From Kudoa neothunni (Eukaryota > Animalia > Cnidaria): a DNA stretch of 64,000 bases. Positions within the stretch are counted from its first letter, which is position 1. The number at the start of each line of letters is the position of its first letter. The position numbers and the translations under genes are program-made. Below are positions 26,989 through 40,600 of the stretch, in pieces. The notes below the pieces were generated by a model. That model saw only the letters and a program-made list of their open reading frames with translations. It was not told the DNA's origin and made no database searches. The stretch covers positions 6,064,953 through 6,128,952 of the forward strand of contig OZ199840.1 in assembly GCA_964304625.1 (NCBI GenBank), in the 5' to 3' direction.

Positions 26989-29900
26989 ATGATCTCACCT
27001 TACCGAATTATTACACGAATTGATTCGCCCCTTTTCTTACGTTTGTGTGCTGTGTGGCTGTTTGTGTCCAGCCTTATCACGAATGTGTACACAGGTAGAG
27101 AGATACTTTATTCTGATTAAAAATCCACATTAACATTTTTAATGGATTATATTTTTTAATTATTTAATATGATTTAGCGGTTAATATCACCAATAAAGGT
27201 TTTGTGTACAAAAATTCTGCTCTCACTCCCGAACTCGCTGTGCATGAAATGTCACTCACATTTGTAACCACTAAACACAATGGTTTGTTGTTCTATGGAA
27301 ATAATGCGAAAGCTTACTTTTCAATGGAGCTATACTATGGATCTGTTAGGTAGGTGATTTGAATTGACGATGTTTGTTGGTCGCTTGCAACGATAATATG
27401 TGCAATTATTTAGAATAAGCGGGAATTTTTCCAACCAACGCACAACAATGCCATTTATCGGTTTCGTGGGGCACGGTCTAGCTGACGGGAAACCACACCA
27501 AGTCGAATTCTTCAAACGATCCGAAGAAATCATGGCCATCGTTGATCGTGGCACCTCCAAACGAGACTCCTACATTGTAGCATCTAGTTTTTTAAATGAT
27601 ATCATCAATTTCGACGATATCTATTTGGGTAATCACCCCGAGCTGAAAACATTCGACAATTTTCAATCGATGACCAAGACAAACTTTATTGGATGTATTG
27701 AAGAGGCCAGTTGGAATTCGTTGGATCTACTGAGTGACGCCTACTCGGAAATGTCTATTCCTAATTGTGGTGTATTTTACGATCATAAACCAATCACATT
27801 TCTCTATTTGGACAGCTACATTATGATGTACCGAAGCAGCAAAGCCGATGGGTTCGATTTGGAATTCGACCTGCTTGTCTATCAAAATTTCACCATTATC
27901 ATCTCTCACAAAGTGAACGATACTAGGTTTGATTTGGTTATTTTGGAAGGTAGACTTCAAATGACTCTCTACATTGTCAATAATATTGTTATCAACGCCA
28001 TCACCGATTCGTTGGTCAGCGATGGAAGTTGGCACAAGGTATGTACTATTATATGGTGGTAGAATTAGGAATATTGTTTATGGATTAATAATATTTAGGT
28101 TAAGATATTCATCCCCGGAAGATCCTCATCAACTGCTAACGTTATTTTTAAAGTGGACGAATTCCTTACCGACTCACCATCTCCCATTTTCTACAATGCT
28201 GGGAAAAATATAAAATTTGGTGGTTTTGGCTTCGTTGGCTGTATCGAAAATGTGAGACTAGATCAAAAAACTTATCACCTCGAGAAACACTATCAAAGAA
28301 GTGGAATATCAACGTCAGGCTGCAACATCACCTTCCAATGCAACCCTAACCCCTGTGTGAACGCTGGCAATTGTATGGCTCTTCAAAACCTCGAGTACAC
28401 TTGTTTATGTAACGGCAACTCCACCGGTTCTAATTGTGAACAACGTAATATTCTTTTTATCGTCTATTTATAAGATCTTTTTCCACTATATATAAATAAT
28501 TTTTAAAATTTGATAATTAGCTGTTGCACCCAACACCTGCACAGACATACACAAAGCAGGCTTCAAGAGGGACGGCCCAACAATCATTGATGCGGATGGA
28601 ATAGGACTTTTTGACCCCATTTGGGTCAACTGCTTCCATATGAATTCCTTCGATAGTGATCGAGCAGTCACTGTAGTCAAACCCATTCAAAGCACCTACA
28701 ATCTCATTGACGCGCCAAAAAGCTGGGAAATCCGCTACAATGTTAGCACCGAATTGCTAAATATTATAGCCGCCAACAGCTTCTACTGCAAACAAACGGT
28801 CACCTATCAATGCACCCGTTCTAGGATCACTCTCGGAAATATCACTTTAATGAACTGGGTGGGTGGAGATGGCCGAGTTCATAACTATTGGAATTCGCGC
28901 GCCATCTACGGAAAATGTGAATGTTCTATTCGAAATAACACCTGTTTCAACAATCAAAATTGCAACTGTGACAACTATGACACAATATCAAGAGTGGATC
29001 GAACTGAACTTCAATTCAAAGCTCATCTACCCATTATCCGAATCAACGCTATGAACATATCCAGCATGTTGGGTTCGAGCGCCAAGCTGGAAGTGGGAGA
29101 CTTTTTCTGCCAAGGTGATGGCGGAAAATTATCCACGGTAACATTTACGGAGGTATACAGTTACCTAGAGGTTGAATCCCTCAATTTGTGGAACGCCGGC
29201 TCCTTCCATATCGAATTCAAAACTGATCAAGCTCGCGGAAACATATTTCTTTATTCACGCGGACGAATCTCGAAAGATTACATTTTACTCTTCTTGAAAA
29301 ATCCAACCACACTCACCGTAGAAGTTAATTTGGGAACGTACACTCATATTCTCGATGCAAGTATACTGTCGAAAGCTCCATCTAATTTCGAAGACCAGGA
29401 ATTCCACTCTGCCAAATTTACTATCAGCAGACGTGGCTTCAACCTTACAGTCGACAAGTTGACATACACCAAACCACTTGAAAATAATATCAATGTTGGA
29501 GTTTTACTCAACCTTGACAACCTTCCCACATTCATTGGAGGTACACCGTTTGATCCATTTTCCGGATTTCGAGGCACAATCCGCAATTTTGTAATTATTT
29601 TCATAAATTTTTAAACAACTAGATGATATTTTAATTGTTTATTAGAGAATAAATGGACAACCATATAAATTGTTTGAAAAAGCAATGAATGAGTCGATTG
29701 TAGGAGTGGTGCCGGGTATAACTTCTGCATGTAGGTCGGTCAGTAACCCATGCAATTCTGGTCGTTGTATGGACCATTATAACTACTACGTGTGTAATTG
29801 TGACTACTCTCCATATTATGGATCCCATTGTCAAAATGAGCAAGGTTTATCTATGAGAGGTGGAGATTTCGCAGTAGCCTACAATCTTGATCCTAGCCTC

Positions 29901-30988
29901 ACACTAACCCAATGGTTCATTTCTGTTGGGTTTGTTACCACAAACGCGAGCGCTACATTATTCTCGTTGATCAGTGAAAATACTGATATTTTCTTTTTGG
30001 GCAATATGGTCAATGGAGTATTTGGAGTATATTATCATTTCAGGGTATTATATATTGGATTTGTTGTTTTTATGTATTCTTCTAAAATTATCGAATGTAG
30101 AACGATATTTCCTTCCAATCCAGATCGTTCATTATAGAACATTCCGATTTGGGCTACTATCTCAATAATGGCGATCTACACATTATCAAGGTTGAATTCA
30201 GCTCCGAGACAATTTATGTTTATATCGATAATCGACTGTTTTTGCGAATGATCGAGGAGTACACCACCGAACCAACCACTTTTCAAGAGCCAAGCGCATT
30301 CTATCTAGGTGGAGCTATATTGACAAGTGTGTCTGCTTCCGAGTTGGATCAATATATTGTGTATCCATTCTTGGGGTGCATCACCGGTGGAAAACTTGTC
30401 TACAAAGCAAGAGGTATCTACAACAAAATCTTGGTGGATCCAGTCGATCTTTTTTATATGGGATCATCGGTATGTTAGAAGTTTATCGCTCTCTTATCCC
30501 TTAACCCATTCACTAACACAAATAGATTGTATTAGTGGGGGATTTCTTAGTTATTTCTTATTTTTACACTTATTTCCATTGTTTATTGATAGATGGTACA
30601 AGTTGGCCAGGTGACCAAAGAGAAATGTGGCCTTGTGAATTTTACTGTTGCTGGAAACGCTCCTCTCATTCCCTACCCTCCTAACCCAGTGGCTGGCGAC
30701 ACAAGTAGCTTTGAACGTCGCGTGCCTCTTGGTGATAGTTGGGGATCAACACTGCTCGGTTTGGGAGTGTTTCTTTTCATACTCATTATTCTAATAATGG
30801 TCTTTGTGTTGAAGTGGTATTCTCGAAACATCGGCTGCTATCAAACCGAAGAAGGAAACCTCGCCAAAACAGGAAACGTAATTGGCATCCTACAAAACAA
30901 CTCATTTAGATCGGACGACGAATCCGAAAAAAGCCCTCTTATAACAGAAAATCGAGACATAATCGCAACCGAAACCGGATACATATAG
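26989..30988 (+). CDS. Neurexin IV / contactin-associated protein (Caspr)-like type I membrane protein
   Basis: Signal-peptide exon, then LamG-LamG-EGF(CNPNPCVNAGNC)-fibrinogen-like(IDADGIG; CKQTVTYQC; NWVGGDG; CNCD)-LamG-EGF(PCNSGRCMDHYNYYVCNC)-LamG-TM(LLGLGVFLFILIILIMVFVL). Band-4.1-type motif RNIGCYQTEE; C-terminus ETGYI*. Frame intact over 7 introns. Confidence 0.9.
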
Positions 30989-31174
30989 AAAATTAATATA
31001 CACTAACTGTGTTAACTCGTATATATCATATTATATGTATTTTCATGGGTATATATAAATGCAGTTGGGGTGAGTTTTTGTGGTTTGTAATATGATTCAG
31101 TCTTGGTGGGTTTATTCTCTCCTGTGTTGGATTTTTGATCCGTGGTTTCCACCAATAACAGCTTATAACTCGTT

Positions 31175-31843
31175 TCAAAAATCAAGCGTGTCTTTCTTAG
31201 TAGTACTGTAATTTAGCGTTTTGTTCGCCGAACCTTTAGCATTCATCTAAAATCGCCGTTAACAATTGGTTACTCGACATATGACTGTAAAAATTGAGAA
31301 TAATTTCTCTTAAAGTACCAATAAATTAAATTAACTAAATTATTCAAACCAAAATATTAACTTCTAAAAAAACTTAATATAATTATTTAGGATAGAGCAA
31401 ATACCCTACGAACTAATTCCATATTTTTTTCAAAGCAAATCGAATAAGATGTGTCTGATAACGACATATTTCCAAGTTTCATAGCACAATCAATTAATTC
31501 CCTTTGAATCTTATTTTTACGATTCAGTTGAGGGGTAACTGGATTGGCTTGAGAGTTATTGGTTTCGATCAACGCCAGTCCCAAATGATACCCTATCTAA
31601 TTTAAATAATAACGAATTTGAAATTTTAATGAAATCGATATATTTTTTCTACTTTGAAACCATCTTTCATACCCCTTATAACTCCTGTATTAGCCGAATC
31701 CAAATGGATATCCTCAGGAAGTCCAATAGTATGGAATCCATCATGATATCCCTTGTCATAAGCACTAATTCCATCCCAAATATTAAAGACACTCAAAATT
31801 ATCTTTACTGTTTTTCAAAATCGATAACATCATCAAAGTCCAT
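31175..31843 (-). CDS. LTO1: LTO1/ORAOV1 (CIA adaptor for ABCE1/Rli1 Fe-S maturation), 5 exons
   Basis: Spliced MDFDDVIDFEKHAYDKGYHDGF...GVIRGMKDGFK/IGYHLGLA (GX3 repeat, Yae1_N type). The last exon ends ...KKDTLDF*. The two 3' exon junctions are less certain. Confidence 0.75.
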
Positions 31844-32106
31844 CCTTAAAGTGTGATTATAAAAGTGACGATTTTTGCCCATGCGCATTATCTATTTTTA
31901 ATAAAACGACAATTCTTTTTACAAGTTGTATACAGAGTTAATTATTTGTGGCCCAAGAGCCATTCCCATATTTAAATACATAAATTGTTTCTCATTTATT
32001 TTATTTCTCTTTTTGATGAATTCGATGTCAATGTTGGTTGTATTTGAAATGAGACTCAAAATAATTTTTTTGTATTCAACCTTAAACCGTCCGCACAAAC
32101 TACTAA

Positions 32107-32185
32107 TGAGCGGATAAATTGGGAAATCGTTTAGTCATTCGACCGCTAATCTTAAGGTCGCGAGTTCAATCCTGCCTCAGCACTG
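32107..32185 (+). mobile_element. tRNA-derived SINE head or tRNA pseudogene
   Basis: T-arm/B-box-like AAGGTCGCGAGTTCAATCC (B box 32162-32172); the D arm and acceptor stem do not pair properly. Confidence 0.5.
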
Positions 32186-34100
32186 TGCACCAAAACAATA
32201 TTGAATAACGGAAGTTGTAGTTAATGTGTACGCTCATTATTATGTGTCATTAGCCAAAAGTTACAATTCAGCTTAGTTGGTAGGGTCGAATTAGACAATA
32301 AAATCTTGTAGGTCCCACAAAACCAACGCCATTGTAGCTGAAAAATTGAAGGGAGTAAGTTTCAAGTAGTTTTTCGCCCGGACATTTATATTTAGCGGGG
32401 AAAATTCCACCATTAACCAAAAAAGGTAGGACAAAATATTAAATGTGATTAACTTATTGCTATTATTACATGTTACATTAAAGTATTTTGTGGAAGCCAT
32501 AACTGTACAGTTTAATAGGTTGATCTTGTGATCTCAACGCGTGAACGAAAAATCGTACTTATTCCCAAACTACTCTGTGATATTTTATGCAATTTATGAA
32601 TTATCTGTTAATACTTCAAATGGTAATTTCTTATAGCAGAATATTACAATAGTGAATACGTGCAAAACTACATTATCACGATCGTGCTATCATAATAAAG
32701 ATAGCGGCATACTTTGTGCAGGAGCAGAGACAGATTAGTTGGTTGATTGGTTAATGAGGATTTTTCAATGATTCCAACTTTTTATGCTCGTAATTCATAA
32801 AGAAATACAATATATATTATTTATATAAATGTATTATTCCGATGCGTATTATTTTGGGACAACTAACTTCAATATTTTGTGATGTTTTGGCTAATATGTA
32901 ATTGTTTAAAATTTGTCAAAATAAATAGAATTAATGTGTCACTCCTCAATATTTTAAACATTACGAACATTCCTTAAAAACAATTCTTATATTATTACAT
33001 AATAAATTAATGAAATTCTCTAGGTACGAATTTTTGAACTCAATTAATTTATTTTTCAGCTATTTAAATTATTTTGAACGACAATTTTTAGACGTTATAA
33101 TTATATGAAGCTCCTTGAATTAATTTTATATCCCCCTTTCAAAGTCGCATTTTTTGTGGTTTTATAAAAAATATGAATTACACAATATCCATGTTCATCA
33201 GGTGTTTTCCTTATAAAACGGTTTAATAATCGATGTTGTCCGTAATGTAAGTGATTTCGAACAATGCGGATGATCGTTTCTAAGAAGATTCAACTACGAC
33301 AGGTTTTCTATGGATAAATATCACTTTAAGCTTCCATTGATAACTCGATTGCTACTATTAACTATCGATCTTTATGTAAACGACTTTTACAATTGTATAA
33401 GTGTTTCTATCACACACATGCATTTAACTTTATCTCTAATAAGATTGAGAACTCCTACTTCCTAACTAATGTGACACATAATTATAATATCATCTATTAA
33501 TAACAAATTTATAACGTGTATAAAGAGATAGATACGTTTGATATTGTAACAATAAATGGAGTAATTTTAAAGTCCTTATTTATTTTTAAATTAATAAAAA
33601 AAGTTTTTCTGATAAAACTAAAGCATTAGTTAGAAAATATTGGGATGTAAGAATGACGTTATCGATATAGATCTATAGAATAAAATTGGAATTGTTTGTA
33701 CTCTCGATTAAAAGGTAAACAATTAAATCGACAACACTATTTAAACTATCAATACCTGAACAAGCTTTCGTAGCTTGGGGATTAATTTTATCTATTGATC
33801 AAATTTGAAACTTAGATAACTATCTTAAAACTAATCAACCAACTTAAAAGTGTTTTATTGTAGGCGATGCCAAGGTGAGAATTACAGTAAGACGGAATTA
33901 CAACAAAATCGGATTATTCAACCCGAAAACATCACCAGTCATTTGGGTTTTTAACCAGATTTAACATTCTTAAAGCATCAATTGGGAGGTAACTCTAAAG
34001 TCGTGATTGTTGAAACTGAATCTATTATTTCTAACTTGTAATAGGTGGGCTGATGAGACGATGGACAACAGAAAACATGACAACATAGTCAACCAACAAA

Positions 34101-34799
34101 GGAGGGTACAGAGCCAAAGTTTGTCTGTTATTGAAGGAAAGAAATCTCAAGTAGTCGAAAAATTTTATTTAACCCCAACGACAAAAATTCACAGTGGAGA
34201 AATGTCATCTCAGATGTCTCTAGACAATGATGGAACCGATACATTGGAAATGAACACCTACCATTCAAACATCACTACAAATAAGAAAGTATGTACGAAT
34301 CAATTTGTCTAATTTTAAAACTATTTTCATGTGGATAATTCACAATAATAGGCAGTCTGTATAACTGAACTATACAGTGTATCCGTTGGGTTGGTTAAAT
34401 TGGTCTAGTTGTAATTTTCGATATTAATAATGACCAACTAATAATCAATCAAATTAGATATTTTTTAAATCAATTTAATTTCAATGATTATAGAATCACT
34501 TGAAAATTTTGGGGGAAGTTACAGGTAGTTGGTACAACCAGAATTCAGTCGCTTTCGACACCAAAAACAACCAAATTCGTGCCACAAATACTCAACAACC
34601 TGCAATCAATGTGCTTGAAGGAATCAATAGTGAATGCTCTATTGATAAAATGCTACAAAAAATCGATTCCTACATAACCAACGCCAAGAATGTGTACAAT
34701 GATCAAAGAAAATGTAATCGCACTCGGCTTCAATTATATTAGAAACTGTGATTATAGCAATGTTCTCTAATTATAGCTTACAGCTTAGGTTATCGGTAG
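34101..34799 (+). CDS. Uncharacterised spliced gene (probably 4 coding exons plus upstream exons)
   Basis: MDNRKHDNIV...TTNKK / AVCITELYS / NHLKILGEV...DKMLQKIDSYITNAKNVYNDQRK join in phase over GT-AG introns. No family recognised; the true start may be upstream (~33650-34050). Confidence 0.5.
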
Positions 34800-35309
34800 A
34801 AAACATAAAAAATTTGTATTGAAAATGTACAGACGCACTTAATTGTATGTGCAGCAATAGCGATTTCAACCAGCTAAACAACAAGACCAAAGATATTTTT
34901 GATAATTATCATTAGAACAATTTATTTTTTTAGAAAACTCAATTTTTCATTGATCATTTTGTGTCGCTTCGCAAACCTTTGATTCATCAAATTTGAGATG
35001 TATAGTCATTGATTCTTCAGTCATTTTTTTTGTAGGAACCCTTATACATTCATTCCAAAATAATGGAATATCTATATTCGTTGTTATTTTATTTGTGGAG
35101 GTTTGATGTAAAATCTATTTGTTACCTTGTAATGAATTAGAGGAATATACAATTATGTTGAGGTAATGTTTCAACATTTGGGTTTTTGACACACATAACA
35201 CCAATGTTCGATTTGTGATGAGTGAGATAGGTCCAACTAGCAGGCCTAAGCATTTATCGTAACCTATTTACATGAAAAAATTAATATTTTTATTATAAAA
35301 ACATTCCAT
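34740..35309 (-). CDS. Orphan spliced gene (~100 aa), convergent with and overlapping the previous gene's 3' end
   Basis: MEC/YDKCLGLLVGPISLITNRTLVLCVSKTQMLKHYLNIIVYSSNSLQ/DIPLFWNECIRVPTKKMTEESMTIHLKFDESK/LVEIAIAAHTIK... with three phase-compatible mini-introns; last exon ambiguous. Confidence 0.45.
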
Positions 35310-35962
35310 TTTGTTTTAAAAGTTTATAATATTTATAGTTGTATCATCTATTTATAAGAAATTTTTTTTATGTTACTATATTTACTTTTTTAATTAAGAA
35401 TAATTTTAAAATTCCGTAACAACCTCATTTATTCAAAACAATCAAAGACCTTAAAAATGCTTAATTTCATAATTGTACGTAATTATTGACATCACAATAA
35501 TTAGAATGTAAGATAACATAAAATCCATAAATTCATTTTTTTCAATAATAATGTGTAACCCTCATAGCACGGAGCTATGGAAAATTCCTTGTGGGGTGGT
35601 GCGGGACGGGATAGTTTGGGAAACCAGTAATTTTAGCCTTTTTTTAAAACCTCTCGTCAAAAAATCCTCCGTACACTAACAACTCATATTGATTCCTCTT
35701 AAAAATTATATCCAATTTTTGAAAAATCTCAAATTTAAAAAAATGCAAAAAATCCTGTAATGATAAGCCCACATGTTTCATCCACTATGTCACTCATAAT
35801 GAGTCAACAATAAGTTTTGGGGCATCACGATACTTCCAGAACTAGGATACAGCAAAATGATATATGTTAACAAGTTGTTTCTGTAGTTATTCTCAACAGT
35901 CTTAGACAGGCACATACACCACGAGTTTCTGAAGATGGCCACTAATCATATTTTTGTAATTA

Positions 35963-36900
35963 CAGTCGAGCCTCGATATTGCATATTGCGTAGTAGCCTA
36001 ATATCTCGTTAATTTTTTAATTATTTATAAAATTGGATACTACTAAGTAATAATTAGGCTATTATCTCGTAAAATATGCGAAAAATATTTATGAATGAAA
36101 AATTCATATGAAATTGCTCAGTACTGCGAAGTAATTTTGTATTGCGTAGCAATTCTAGGGTCCGGAAACCCCGTTTTGATTCGACATTGCGTAATAAATT
36201 TGACCATGCCAAGGATAAAGAGGGATGTTGACGAGAAATTTAAAATCATCATCAGTAATAATTCAGTTAAGTCAATCAGGAGTTCCAAAATAAACTGCTT
36301 AGAAATTTTGCCTTAGTAATGGAATAATTATAATAATTATGTCTTGGTAAAAAATACATTTTAAATATAAAGAATATTCAACCCTCGGTAAAATATATTA
36401 GATAGCACAAAAACTTTCCAACTACGACGTTTCTAACAAACGAAAACGTGAATGTAGGAAGGCTTTACTAGTGGTCTAATTTAATAATGTGCCATGCACC
36501 GGTATCTCTGATAATAAGTGACAAAAGGAACAATTAATCGTCAAACTGTCAACTTCTAAAATTAAGGATGCCTTAAGAACTCTTAGACAAACCTTTACAA
36601 GCCGAGATCCAGAAGGTCTATGTGATTTGTATCCTGCTATCGATAGAAAATCAGCTATTTCAAAAAAAAGAAAGAGAAGCGCGGATTAAAATGATAGGCA
36701 CTTCTTCTAAAGATAAAATTAAAAATAGAAAACCCTTGCTTTCATTATATAAATGAATTTATGTTTAAAAAGAAGCCAATAAATGGTTTTATCTATTTTT
36801 TTCTTAATGCGCGTACGCGAAATACGATATTGCGTACTAATTTTGTATTACGTGGTAAGTTGGCGGTCCCAATTTACTACGCATTACCGAAGCACGACTG
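35963..36900. mobile_element. pogo/Tigger-like non-autonomous element
   Basis: Imperfect TIRs CAGTCGAGCCTCGATATTGC / revcomp CAGTCGTGCTTCGGTAATGC, both flanked by TA; repeated subterminal ATTGCGTA motifs. Confidence 0.75.
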
Positions 36901-37611
36901 TACTCGTATCAGTTTTAGGCAGCGTTTATTTTGCCGGATCTGGCAAAATAGATACAGCCTTAGTTTTAACCTTATTGCTTGATTGATGTCCTCATCGACA
37001 ATGTAATCATCTATTAGATTTGAGTTATTTGACATAATTTTCAAGACAAAATTATATTAAAATCGTACTCAGGTTTAAATGTTTACCGACAAGCAAGATA
37101 GGCAACAAAAACTTAAACCGCATTAATCCCTAGTAAACCTGTATTTGTTCAGTGTAATACATCGGAGTTTCTCCAATTCTGGAAAAAAAATTCCTAGTAA
37201 AAAAGATATTTTTAAAGTTTTAGAAATATTTCGTGTCAAATAGTGACGTTATTACGCTTATTGTATTTAAAAAATTCTAAATTAAAACTTTTACGATAAT
37301 AAATGTAGATCCATGAAAAATAAACACATTTCTCAAACTAATTATTTATCTTTAACGCTATTTGATATCTTAGGAAATAACTTTGGTACTTAATTGAAGA
37401 ACGCCTAGAGTGTGAATTAAATACGAAATGTTTAAGTCGGGGTCGCGATATATCTCGCCTTCACGGGAGGGTTAAACTTTTCTCGTAATTGGATATAGTT
37501 GAATAAAGAAGTTTCAAATTTTGAATTTAGAAATTAAAGTCATTGTTATTTTATGATTAGAAAAAAAAATTGGGGGAAATTTTGGAGCAGCGTTAAAGTT
37601 AATATTGTTAG

Positions 37612-40600
37612 TTAATTAAAAAGTGGTAAAATAGCCCGACTATAGCAAAACAATGAGTTACCAAATGTGAAAGATTGTAGGAAAAATTTGCACGATTCAC
37701 TATTTGGTGTTGCTCCTTCAAGTCGAGCACGGATTCCAATATCATATTGTAAGATTTCACCATGAGGAACCATAAGAATTTGTTTTTCAGTTGACTCAAT
37801 AATGGAACGATTATTTAATTCAAAAATATTATCACTAATATCACAATATTTCACCGGACAATTATTCCCACAAAAGTTACTCTACAGGTGGACATGATAT
37901 TTTTTTAGGTTCATTCACTCCTGTTTTTGTTTGTTTGGCGTACTTTTTCTAGAGAAACCAATTTATAGGTTTTTAATATAAAAACAATTAGATTTTTTAT
38001 TCTATTTTACTATAGTAGAAAGTGGCAGGAGACATGGATGATTTTGTTCGGTTTTGATAGATTTTGAAATTATTTCCAACCATCGATTTTCTTTAATATC
38101 ACTTGTCGAAATGTATACTTTTCCTGTAGTATAAATCAACGTGAAAATTTCTGTTATAAGGAGAATAAAGTAGATACTTTTCTTGATTACAAACTCGCAT
38201 TTGGAAAAGTACCGAGAGATTTGATCATTTGAGGAATTATTGTATAGAAGGGAATCATCGTCTACAGTCTCATCTTCTAGTCCTGAATATGTATTTCTCA
38301 GTAGGCTAAGAATGGGTATATAATAGAAATCACACAAATTATAAGATCTACTGGCAACAATCTTTCGAAAAATCAATAAACAAATGTATGGCTATAGCGT
38401 AGAATGGTTGTAGAAAAGCAAAATTATTCACGCCAGCTACTGCCAAGAGACGTTTATTCTGAGATAATGTTTTCAAATCAAATCAAACCACACTATCATT
38501 TAAATATCATACTTGATTGGCCAAATATTCAATAATAGAAGATTTTGAAAGGCACATCAAAGGGAAGTGTTGAAATTCATCCCCATTAATAGTTGTGAGG
38601 ATTCTTTCGATAAAATTACCATCAAAATTGCAATGAATTATAACAGGTCTAAGGAAGGTTGCTAGAAGACAAAGTTAATTTTACTGGAAATCGGTTTTGA
38701 TTCATCCTAAATAAAATCAGATAAAAAATACCCTTAATCCAATCTAAACGTTGGTAAGGGTCGGACAAAACAGATTCGGCATTTAAAGATAGGTCGATAT
38801 TTTGAAATCTTTTGATGGCTGAAGTTTTGTTTTTATAAATAGAAACAATTCTATGTTACCAATGAATACAATGATCAACGGGAAGTTTTTACTCTTTTGG
38901 ACTGGGAATACAGCCGATCGACTCAACAGATAAACTAAGGGGGTCCAATTTTTCACAAAAATACAAACCAATCCTCCCCCTATATGCTGTGGAGGTGATA
39001 TGTAGAATATCATCTTTAGAAATTGTCAAAAAATTTGTTTCCAATGTATCGTCTAAAGGTCGAATATCGATTCCAGATCTTAAGAAAAATTTGGGAATTT
39101 TTTAAACCCCATGGTTAAACACATGATTACTTGACGTAAACATCATCACCATCAAGCATTGTAGCACACTCGTATTCATCGATCATGTCAATATACACAA
39201 TTTCTATTGGTTGGTTGTTAGGAATGCCGCTAAGAGTATGAGTAGCTTCTTCTAGGGTTGTATCTTCAAAAGAAATTGAATTCACCTAAATATACGTAAA
39301 TTATTCTTAGATAACTTCTCTACTTAGGTTATTTATATTATAGAATAAAAAATACACTTATAATCTTGTATCCAGCCTTGAGACCGGAATTTTCCGCTCT
39401 ACTTCCATTTTTTACACCCACAATGAAAATTCCATGGATATTTCCACCTCCTAATTTAACTCCAAGAATGCTACCGCATTCGTCAGATGGTTTGATGGTT
39501 ATAGAAACTTTGGGTTTGTATCTAGATTGAAGGAAAAATCATTCTACAACTTTAAAATTTTGGCAATACCTAAAATCATTTTCTACACATTCCGAGGAGA
39601 AATGGGATAAATATTTTGGGTCAATTCGGCCAATATGGTTTGTGCTTGTATGTTTGTTCATTGACTGACAACTAAATGACTTTCTGGTTAAGAGTGTTTG
39701 GCGTGAGGTCGAATTAGATATCGTGCTGGTTATCGCCGTTTGTTTATATATGGAATCTATTTGTTTATCTTCCGCACTACAATAATTGTTTGTGATGAGT
39801 TGCCGGCGGACGTTTGTGTCACTGAATGTGCCTTCTTTGGAGCTACTCCCCAAAGATTTTCTGTTAGTTATTCTACCCTCACTGTTATTATTATTATCAT
39901 CTAAAAAAAATTAATCAATTGATTCTAAATTCGTAGACTAGACCACTTTTCTCTCTGTTATTTTTTCGAGAATGTCTCCATAATTCAATTGACACTTCAT
40001 TTTTGCCCTGTGAAAGGTTCAACAGATCAATGTTATTTTTTAAGGTTGTCATAGAAATGGGAATCCCGTTTATCTAAACCAAAACAACTTTAATTTAACA
40101 AACCCTAATTGAAAGGAGTACTTTTTTAATCAAATCATTTTTTCTAATATTGAGTTGCTTGACGCTTTCGTGTACATACAGGACATTACTGAACTTTAGA
40201 TAGGAAAAGTGATTAAATTTATGGTGACTCAAAGTTAGATGGCAATGTTCGAATTTGCTGTCAAAATTATCTAATAAAATAGAACTAATAGTTAAAATTG
40301 GGAATAAATTAACAATATTTAATAAGGGCATAAAGTACAATTAAAAAGGAACCGAAACAGTTTTCGGTTCCTTTAACATTTGGCATTACTCTTTAAAGCA
40401 GGTGTTATTACAATCAATAAATATAAATTTATTTTTGTTGTCTTTGAATAAAAAATTGATCTCATACCAATATACGATGTTTCCGATGAGAATACTTGGC
40501 CTTGAATAGAGGGAGAGGTGTTAGTGAGTGACGATCCAATGGTGGTATCGTTGGTTGTGTCGATGATTATGTCGTTGGTGCTGCCGGATGGAGAGTATGA

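Noticed and set aside
32107-32185. Functional tRNA gene
   Set aside because: Only the T-arm/B-box is recognisable; the cloverleaf cannot be completed.
34379-34493. Possible U12-type intron (donor GTATCCGT)
   Set aside because: Mismatch to GTATCCTT, no TCCTTAAC-like branch point, and the host gene is itself uncertain.
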